DNA from: Asterias rubens
Lineage: Eukaryota
NCBI RefSeq assembly: GCF_902459465.1
Contig: NC_047062.1
Coordinates: 32,364,001 to 32,428,000 of the forward strand
Reading direction: 5' to 3'
Length of the DNA: 64,000 nucleotides
Shown piece by piece: positions 47,593 to 57,300 of this stretch. The notes under the pieces were generated by a model that saw nothing but the letters and a program-made list of their open reading frames with translations, ran no database searches and was not told where the DNA came from. Position numbers and translations under genes: made by a program. How positions within the stretch are numbered: the first letter of the stretch is position 1; every line of letters begins with the position of its first letter.

Positions 47593-48477
47593 ATGGATGT
47601 CGGAGCAAAGTTGAAGGGGTGGCTGTCGTTTTTTACAGAGCCTACTGCGAAAAGACTCATGCTCATAGCCAACATCGGTGGTGTGGGGTACTACTGGGTG
47701 GTCTCCCTCCTTGTTTTCTACGTCAACCTTTTCGTTATCATCCCAAGTATACTCTCTGAAAACCTCGGGTGGATGCGTTTCCAATGGTGGTTCTTCGTCG
47801 TTGCTTATTTCAATATGATGCTGAACTACCTCATTTGCCTGTCAAAGAAATCTCACTACACATCTACAGAGGGGATCGTTACGGAGGAAGCCTCTTCGAA
47901 GGGTTGGGGATACTGCGTGCCGTGCCAGCAGTACAGCCCACCGAGAACCCATCACTGCTCGGTCTGCAAGCATTGCATCCTGAAACGAGACCAGCATTGC
48001 TTCTTTCTCGGAGCGTGCATCGGTCATTTCAACCAACGATACTTCCTTGTGTTTCTCTTCTACGCGTCTATATCAGCCCTCCATGCTGCAGTGTGTTTCT
48101 TCACATATCTTAACCAGTACTTTGCAACATTTCTCTCCCTGGACTTTTACTGTTATTTCTTTCCCATCGCCACAACCAAGTGGGTGTTTGGATACACCCC
48201 ATCGCATCTTTTCGGTCTACTAGCCCTCTTCTACATGTGTTTGACGCTGGGATTCGGCTGCGTTGGGTTCTTTACTCTTCATTTCCAGCGCGCTCTTCAT
48301 TGCCAGACCTCGTACGAGTTTTCGCACAGAGTGACAACCTACAGTCGAGGCCCTCAGAGGAATTTGCAAGAAGTCTTTGGGAGCTATTGGTGGCTGACGT
48401 TTCTCGTTCCTATTCCGCAGAAGCAGACTAGTGACGGAATCGTTTGGAACAAACCCAAAGAATTGAAAGGATATTAG
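47593..48477 (+). CDS. DHHC-family palmitoyltransferase-like protein (ZDHHC22/24-like), DQHC variant, intronless CDS, 294 aa
   Basis: Four hydrophobic segments around the cysteine-rich domain YCVPCQQYSPPRTHHCSVCKHCILKRDQHCFFLGACIGHFNQRYF, followed by QTSYE (TTxE-like) and NLQEVFG motifs. Confidence 0.92.
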   Translation: MDVGAKLKGWLSFFTEPTAKRLMLIANIGGVGYYWVVSLLVFYVNLFVIIPSILSENLGWMRFQWWFFVVAYFNMMLNYLICLSKKSHYTSTEGIVTEEASSKGWGYCVPCQQYSPPRTHHCSVCKHCILKRDQHCFFLGACIGHFNQRYFLVFLFYASISALHAAVCFFTYLNQYFATFLSLDFYCYFFPIATTKWVFGYTPSHLFGLLALFYMCLTLGFGCVGFFTLHFQRALHCQTSYEFSHRVTTYSRGPQRNLQEVFGSYWWLTFLVPIPQKQTSDGIVWNKPKELKGY

Positions 48478-50975
48478 CATATAAAACCAATTGATACAGA
48501 TTATTAGGCATGTCATGCTTCGTTTTGGAAAGGGCAAGGGCACCAAGGCATTCAATTTTCTCCTTGGTAAAGGGCACTATAGAAATCTTGTACATTTCTG
48601 CTGCAAAACATTTCAAGGGCACCAAGGCATGGACCAGGCATGGAGACAATTGCCTTCATTGCTTCTATGAAGTATCAGGCCTGGATTATATAGATGCATC
48701 AACCTATTAAGACCAACCAATTTTGAGTTGATTTTCTCTGAACAAATTTTAAACAGATGATAAAACTTCAACCCCCCTCACAAAAACAACAACAACAACA
48801 CCATTAACATACTTTTGCTGACAATACATGTAACTCATTTGCATCTTTTAGCTAATTGTTGCAGTGTTTTGTTTTCAAGTTTTCAAATGAACATTTAAAT
48901 CTTCAAAAAGTAGTGTGCCATAACTGCAGTAGGTATCATTAAACAGTCCCCCTTTAGAGTAAGATAATAGCTAAATGCACAGTTCATGATTTATTAATCA
49001 AATGAACTGCATCTATAGGCATATCATATTCATGGACATGGACACGATTACTGAGTTCATAATACATGTACGAGTTTAGGGAGAAACTCTCATGTAATTC
49101 AATATGTATATTACCTTAGTAACGGTTCACAGGGTTTCTCATTATGGATGGATTTTGTGCATTGGAAACCTGTGAAGTCATACAGAAAGAAAACAAAGGT
49201 AAAACACTGTACTTACTTTCCTACATGTACACATATGTAGCTGGTGAAACATTTTGTGGCAAAGTATTTATTAGTTTGAAATCACTTACAAAGATGTACC
49301 GTTTTGAATGCCATAAAGGCTTTGAGAGAGCTGTATTCATTGTAAAAGTCAATTTGTTTAAATGATGCTTTTGTATATATTTGGTTTGCGGTAACACCAT
49401 GTATTTTCAGATTTTAGTTTTATTGTGTACATGTACTTTTATATGGGATTAAAACAATGGAAAGGATAAAAACACGAAAGGTCTTAGCAAATCAGATACC
49501 TATGGCACTTCTGAATAACCTCACAGTGTAGGCCTATGTAGTTTTTTAAATATCTCACTTGTGCGTCTGAACCAATTAATTTCCAAATTTAAGACTGTTT
49601 TGAGATAAAACCCTATGTTTAATAAGTACTGTTTATAAAAGAAAACTAAAGTTGTGATGTACAATTTCTTTTTTTACAAAGTTTGTAGTGTTTTTGAACT
49701 GATTTCGTAATGCTTGTTAGTGTTGTGTGAATAAATAACAATGTATTTAAAACTTTTGTATGTTTTCAATCTTATTTATGGAAAATATTTATTTAATGTC
49801 AGGAAATGTTAGGCTCACTGTACTTTTTGTCGCTCCTCGCTTTTTATATAGCGCTTTTCACACCCAAGGGCGTCTCAAAGCGCTTCCAACATTATTTCTT
49901 CTGGTCTCTGCTCATAAACTCACTCCTATGACCCTCTCAGCTCCCTTGGAGAAAATGGGGAGTGCAAAGGACAATATCAAAAATGTACAAAGAATTTGTA
50001 GGTGTAGGTGGAGTGGGTTGTTGTGCCTCTAATTTGTTTTTGGCTCTTTTGGGGTTAATTTCTTTTTACTAAGGAACCTCTTGTTAACATTTGTATTTTT
50101 TTGTTGGTGGTGGGGGTTGGGGTTTATTTGCTAATATGAGAGGGAAATCCATGCAGAAACCAACCAACCAGAGCCAAATTTCAGAAAGGTCTGTAAGCAC
50201 AACAAACTTGCTTAGCACAGAAAAGTCATGCTTAGCAGAAACAGGGTACCAGCAAGCATGCCATTCAGTTTACACTATTATAGCTGGTGGCCTGCTCGTT
50301 TGATTTATTTGGTAAAGAAGTTGGCTAAACCGAGCCGAGGTGTAAACAAACGCAATCAAACTACCCCTCCTTCCCCTCCCTCGCGCCCCGCCCAAGCCAT
50401 GCATCTGACTAGAGAGGGCGCTATGTAGATGTGCTGTTTTGTTTTACTTTGTAAATGGCGTCCGTGGTTTCGCATGGTATATGGAGAAGGATTTTTTGGG
50501 GTCATAGCTAGTTGTAGAATAAGAGAGTGGAGTGTTGACCGTATGCGGAACTTAAGCTAGGATGGAACTTTGACTGGATGTGCGTTTGATCGACAGCTGT
50601 TAGGGTTAGTTGGGTCAGTGAGTACAAAAATGTAAAGGCAAAATTGCTCAACCTGTCACTCTTGACTCTTCACTCCTCAGCCTAGCCCTCCCCTCTCCTC
50701 CGCACTCACTGCTCAGTCATTTATTCATCATTTGAGTTTGACATCGACATTGTTGTCGGACAGCCTCAGGCTTAGCTCACCCTGAAGCGTAAACAGTAAC
50801 TGCCAATCCAATTATTTAGAGGTAGAACCTAAATCACAACAAAGGACAAAGCAGTGCTGTCATGTCATGATCGACTCGCTTGTGGTACATGTATGGAAGG
50901 ACATCCAACAACCATGACAACTGGCCCTGGGCAAAGTCGAAGACTTAAACATTAATAATCAATAACAACGGAAAG

Positions 50976-51830
50976 ATGGGGTTTTTAAAAGTGTGGAAAC
51001 TACCTCTCTTTCGCAGTATCGTCAATAGCAACAAATGGAAGTCCATATTGAATTTTATTGGTGTATTTTATTACATCATTATGATATTGATTGCAGCTAC
51101 ATTAGAATGGTTTGTTATTTTGCCGGAGCTGTCGCACAAACTTGACTTTTCCATCGGGAAACACCGCTTGTTTCTCCTTTACTTGCTAATCAATGGAATA
51201 GGGAATTATCTCCTAGCGGCTCTGCGTGACATTCACTGGAAAAAGAGTTGGAATAAAAAAAAACGATTGACGGCGGAACCTTTCCGATCTCATCACTGCA
51301 AACTGTGCAACGTATGCGTTCTCAAGCACGACCATCATTGCTTTATAATCGGAAAATGCATTGGTTACCACAACCAGAAACACTTCATCATCTTCAACAT
51401 GTACACCATGCTGCTTTCTTTGTACGGCCTTATCACCCTAGCAACATACATGCATCTGGCGTTTAAGATGGAGTTTGCAGGAGCTTTGACTTTCTTCACA
51501 CTTTTCGCGACGTCTTTCATGGCGTGGAGTCAAGGTTCGATTGGGTTTCCTCAAGTATCCCTTGTACTGTTACTCTACATTTGCCTGATGAGCACTCTGG
51601 CTTCCTTTGGCTTTCTCGCTTGGGAACTGACTATTACATCAATGGGATTGACCACACACGAAATGATGAACGGAACGAAAGGAACGAACACATCAATTCG
51701 GGAGAATTTTAAAGACGTTTTCGGCCAGTACTGGATTCTTGGGCTGTTTGTTCCGCTGCCTCTTCCACAATATGGAACAGGATGTTATGAGTATGTAATG
51801 AGAAAACCGAACAGAAAGCATGATTCCTAA
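50976..51830 (+). CDS. DHHC-family palmitoyltransferase (ZDHHC22/24-like), intronless CDS, 284 aa
   Basis: HHCKLCNVCVLKHDHHCFIIGKCIGYHNQKHF, plus LTTHE and NFKDVFG motifs and four hydrophobic segments. Confidence 0.92.
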   Translation: MGFLKVWKLPLFRSIVNSNKWKSILNFIGVFYYIIMILIAATLEWFVILPELSHKLDFSIGKHRLFLLYLLINGIGNYLLAALRDIHWKKSWNKKKRLTAEPFRSHHCKLCNVCVLKHDHHCFIIGKCIGYHNQKHFIIFNMYTMLLSLYGLITLATYMHLAFKMEFAGALTFFTLFATSFMAWSQGSIGFPQVSLVLLLYICLMSTLASFGFLAWELTITSMGLTTHEMMNGTKGTNTSIRENFKDVFGQYWILGLFVPLPLPQYGTGCYEYVMRKPNRKHDS

Positions 51831-51835
51831 TGCCC

Positions 51836-52121
51836 CTTATTTTTGACCGCGCGGGGGCGCTATAAATAGTATTTTGATCACTTCCGGGGGTACACGCGAT
51901 TCGCCCTGCACAAATTAATAGGCGTTCTGTCACTTTTGTTGCGCCGTAGTTTCAATTTGCTTTAGAGGTGGATTATAACTGCTCCTTTTAAAGTCTTATT
52001 GTCTGTGATGGATTAGATGTCTGTGGTTATAATGTGTTCCAATCTTTAAAAACTGTTTTGCGTATGAATGAATATACCCCCGGAAGTGATTGAGAGCGCC
52101 CTCACACGGTCAAAAATATGG
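51836..52121. mobile_element. MITE just after the stop codon of the second ZDHHC
   Basis: Inverted termini ccttatttttgaccg...atcacttccgggggta / tacccccggaagtgat...cggtcaaaaatatgg. Confidence 0.75.
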
Positions 52122-53430
52122 CCCATTCCTAGTTGTTTATATAAATATATTTGAATAATAGTTTTGGTTTTTCCCTTACACCGCTAGGCTATGATTAGTA
52201 TTGTCATGCCAGTTTTATTTGAAGTCTGAAATTTAATTAATTCTTAATTTTTGTGCAATCATTTAAGGTCATCTGGAAGTGGTATTTTTTCAAAATATGG
52301 CTTTTGTCACTAATATATGTGTTTTGATGAGTGGAATGTGAATGAACAGTTAACTAAGGTTTTAAAAAATCAGTTCTTAAGTTATTTACAAATTTAAGAG
52401 TAGACCCGGACCCGAGAGGGCGCTGTTCGTGACGTTAATCGAGGCAGACTTTACCTGTAATGCGTAGAGTAAACACAATTGCAAACATGTACGGACCAAG
52501 TCTTGAGTTTGTACGTTTCAAAAACTTTCCCACTTTCATGAAGCAAGTCTGACTCTATTGGAAAATGAGTGCTACTTGCTAAGTTTGCATCAGGGACAGC
52601 TGATCAGGGATAAAGAATTGTTATTTTGGTTTTGCTCTGACAACTAGAAATGCAAAGGTCAGGGTTCGAATCCTTGACCTTTTTTTTCACAGAATTTGGG
52701 GGAAAGTACCGAGTAAGTATCGGTGTAAGGGTCAAACCAAAATAAATATCCTTCTTTAAAGTTTAAAGAACTCATACCAGTTTGCAATGAAATTGTGTAC
52801 CTTTATCTGTTGGTGCATTTATTTATCAATCTTGACAAGTGTTGTGTAATATTTACATCAAATATAACTTGCATTTTAAAACATACATATAGGCTACTGT
52901 AGTACAGTGTGCACAACCTGATTTAGATTAAGAAAATAATGTACACCTTGTCGGGGCTCTAAATTAACACTGGACTGTTGGCCTAGGGCCAGTGTTTTCA
53001 GCATCAGGCCAGTAAACTTCAGACTGGACAAGTCCGACGGTCTGGTGTGATTGAAATAGTTATACATTACCTCATTTTTATGTAGAACAACTCATGTTCA
53101 AAATGTTGACTTTAAAGTCAAATAAATATCTTTGATTCTGTTGATTATGAAGTTGAAGAATATTGTACATATTGTGGACGGAGTACTTGATAATGTTTAG
53201 CTTTACATAAAATGTCAGGTGCGGTTACAAAATTAATGGCAATCAAAACTTACTTGCTTAGAAGGGGTACAGCACCTTTCCATAGTATAAATCATTTTGA
53301 GAATAATTTCATTGTGAAGTAATTTGGTTATAGGTAAATATACCAGTTCCTATCCCCATCAATTGAATCTGAGAAGTGTTACTCTTGTGTATTCCTATTA
53401 CTAATTATTTTAAAATTCTTCCTGTGTTAA

Positions 53431-53786
53431 AGATGCTATGTCAGATTTTTGGCCGATTTGACCCAAAAATTTTGATTTAAAACTCAATAGGTATTTTGAT
53501 GGGGGTCGAGAAAGTTACAAGCTTTCATTTGAGCCATTGCTCGAAAAAGTCCGCCAATTATTAGTAGCAGTGAAATAAAGTGCTCAAAATGAGTTTTTGT
53601 TGTGATCCCGACAATATATCGCGTGATCAATTCTTATGCGTTTTACATGTATAAGAAGCGTTTTTAATTTTTGTCATGGTTCCTGACCATTAAAAGTAAA
53701 AGTTAAACTTTTTTTCGTTAGAGCGGGTAATACTCTTTGAAATGCCATTCACTCAAAATTGGGGCCAAAAATCTCACATAGCATCT
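53431..53786. mobile_element. TTAA-flanked non-autonomous DNA transposon (Kolobok-like)
   Basis: ttaa|agatgctatgt ... acatagcatct|ttaa, with extended imperfect TIRs. Confidence 0.85.
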
Positions 53787-54342
53787 TTAATTCAGCATCT
53801 AAATGTTTTTAAAAACTAAAAGACAACTTGGGCCCAATTTCATACACCTACACAAAAGTGTAAAGAAATTGGACCAAGATTTGTAAATTAATGTCTGTTT
53901 CAGTACTAGGCAATTATTCTTTGGGCATTCAGTCCTTAATAATAACTAGTCCATATATCACATTTTACAAAAACTGTCTCAATGCGCTTTACATTAGTGC
54001 CCTGGTCATTGGGACAATAACATTCCTTTAATCTTTCTCAGCACCCTTGGGAGTATACAACTTGAGCAACCGTAGTGCTCCAAAGGCTTTTTCATACATA
54101 ATATCGACCTCTATCCTCGCAGGAACTTGTACCCATTTATACCCCTGGGTGATGAGAAGCACTTATAGTAAAGTATTTTGCTCCAAAGTCAGAAAACTTT
54201 TGGATTTTTGACTGTTCGGATGGTACAATAATATTTTGCTTCATGACATAAAAAAAAATTCTACTAAAATTACACGTGAGTAAACAGTGGACGGAATTTG
54301 TACATCTTTTTGATCACACAGAAATAAATACTCTCTGAGACA

Positions 54343-57300
54343 TCAAAGCTGGTCCAGAAGATCTTTAACAGCCTAAAAAAAGAAGACAAATATTTGAAAA
54401 TTATATAACCTTTAAAGTGTTGATAATTCTCTAAACTTAGGTTTTACTCATTTTTCTCTAGTTGCTAAAACATTTGGCAAAGTGAGCTAATTGTTTTTAA
54501 TTGGCCCTTGAAAAGTTGTCTGTTTGGCCTTGGTGTCCTTTCCTTTGGCCTCGGTGCCCTTCAAAATTTGCACATATCAAAGGCCAAAGTGGCCTTGCCT
54601 TAAAAATGATGAAATCCCAGGCCTGAAACTATATTGTAAACATCATCACATGCTTCCATGTTTATTGATTGCTTTAGTACATGTAGTGATTTCAAGTTTA
54701 TAAAATTAGTTTTTTTTTTTGTAATGGAAAAAAAACCACCAGGAATTTTCTTTTGCAAAATCTTTACCAACCAAAAATATTGCCAGTGGTTAAAATGATA
54801 CTAAAGTATTAATAGCCTAATGTTTCAACCCAGAGTTGTTTGCAACTACACATCCCGTGAATAGTGATTCAATTAGTGTTCTGAGCCTAAGTCTTTTGCA
54901 CAAAGACAAATCGAAATACGAGGCCATAAAACATGTTTGCTTTTTCAGGAAGAAACATTTACCTTTGCCTTTTTGCCTACACTTCCATTCCTCGTAGCTA
55001 AACTGTTTACTGTATCTGTCATGGAAATCAAACTGCCATAGATTCCTGAGACACTCCTGTTGGGGTTAAAAAGAATGGGTTTGCTTTAGCAATAATAATA
55101 ATAATAATAATAGTGGCTACTTATATAACACTCATCCATCACTCAGTGATGCTCATGGCCCTTCAACAATCAGGTTTGCCTGAAGTATGTAATGGTTTAC
55201 AAGGTGCTGTGGCGCAATATGCTGCCAATCAAACCAAGAACACCAGGGCGAACCCCTTTTCTGTACGATAAGTGAACTAGGATCTTTTTATGTGCATTAC
55301 ACAATACACAGGACCCACGGCTTTACGTCCCATCCAAAGGTGCAGGAATAATGGTAAAGAGTCTTGCATTCAAAGAACACAAGTGTCACGACCAGGACTC
55401 AAAACCACACTCTGCTGATCAGAAACACCAAAGATGAACCCACGACCTTTGCAATTCTAGAATAGTGTCGTACCAACTATACCACTGAGATTTGTTAGAT
55501 GGAAGTTTGCATCGGGGATAAAAAATATTAGTATCAACTTACTGGCTTTGTAGAAGGAGATCCGCGTTTCTAGAATCCTTTTGTTTCTGCAGTTCTTTAG
55601 CCCAGTGCCTCAGTAGAGTACGCAATAAATCCAAGCAAACCTTAATATAGCTAGGAATTAATTATCAATTATACAATGTTAGAAAAAAATACATGCTACC
55701 GACGTCAACTATAATATAGTCGTTTTCAAATATCACACATCAGCAGCTCAATTTGAATAGGAAATGAGAGGAATCAATCAGTTCTAGATAATGGAGGAAA
55801 ACCCCAAAGGGGGAAGACCCATGCAATGAGGTAGGGACTGAAAAACCAATGCATGTGCAAGGCTCTGGGTCTAAGACTGGATTCGAACCAGGGTCCACAC
55901 AGGTGACAGGCAGGGACAGAAACCACTGAGCCAACCTGATCCAAAAAACTCAATTAAAGAAGTATTGCTAAAGACAGGATTCAATCTGGTTTTTGTGCTA
56001 AGCACAGGAAAATCTTGCTTAGCAAAAACAGGTTACCAGCCAACATTCCATAAAGTTTACATTGTTGCGACTGGTGCCCCTACTCATGTTTTGCTTAGCA
56101 AAGAAATTTGTCAAGCACCATTTCCTGCTGAACTACTCTTACTGACTGTTAAATGCTAATTCAACGGAGCATTCTTTTTCAAATGAAATGAAATGAGATG
56201 GGTGGTAAAATGAATGGATTTGTGCTGAAATTGGCTGAGAAAACTTAGGGGCAGTATTTTTTTTGTATTAGCCACACTATACTTACTCTGCAAACTTGCT
56301 GCTGAGTAGTTTATGTAGAGTCGGTAGGAAGTCCAACCAGGCGCCCATGGATATCTGCTTGGCCTTTGTTGTCTGACGAACAAGACTGCATAACAAAAAG
56401 TAACACTTGGATTAATCAAGGAAACATTAATGATCTGTTTTATGGCCCAGCAGATTCAAACTCTGCGGTGTTTCTGATCAGGAGAGTGGGTTTGAGTCTC
56501 AATAGTGACACCTGTGTCACGATCGAGCAAGACACTTAACCATGATGCTTCGTCCTTTGAATGGGACGTGAAGCCATTGGTCCTGTGTGTTGCATAACGC
56601 ATGTAAACAAAACCAGTGCATCAAAAAGAGAAGGCGTTGGCCCAGGTGTTCCTGGTTTTGATTGGCAGCATGTTGCGCCACAGCACGTTGTAAACCATGC
56701 CATGGTGCTGAGTAACAAGGAGGTCTCATAATTGAATCGTAGTCCCATATCACTTGCAGGAAATACTGTCATGCTAAAGAGCCAGGGGCATCACAATGGG
56801 TGCGTTCAATTAGCTCCCTGGGTTGCTCCCCGGGAACGTTCGATTAGCTTTGACTGCATTCCAGCAGCTCACCCGGGTCAGCCCCAAGTTCCCTGCTTGT
56901 GGAGTGGGTTGGGCTGGCCCCAGGTGCATGACGTCACCAACAGAGGGTGAGTAACCATTCGATTAGCTCTTGTCAGGGGCTCATTCGAGTTAGCACTGCA
57001 GGGTCGACCCAGGTAAGCTAATCAAACGCACCCTGAGTAACAGATATGCGCAGTTTTAAGAAGGCATTATTATTATTTGTCAGCCCAGCTTACCTCATTG
57101 TAAGAATCGGCAAGACGTCGACGGTGAGCGAGTCATCCCCAGTACGAATCAAGTAAGAGATGAGAGATCCCGGGTTCTGTTTCCAGAAGGTCAGAGCAGC
57201 GTTCAAATGAATCGCTCGATTGGAAACAATGGAAACGAACGTACCATGTCCAGCTAACAACTGCAAAATTATTCCAAAGTGCCATATATTCTTAAAATAA

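Noticed and set aside
47587-48555. Alternative-frame and antisense ORFs overlapping the first ZDHHC
   Set aside because: They are shadow ORFs of a GC-richer coding exon with no independent motifs.
47593-51830. ZDHHC genes nested in a UBAC2 intron, as GPR18/GPR183 are in human UBAC2
   Set aside because: The UBAC2 start exon is at 46609-46579, so the ZDHHC genes lie outside it, head-to-head.
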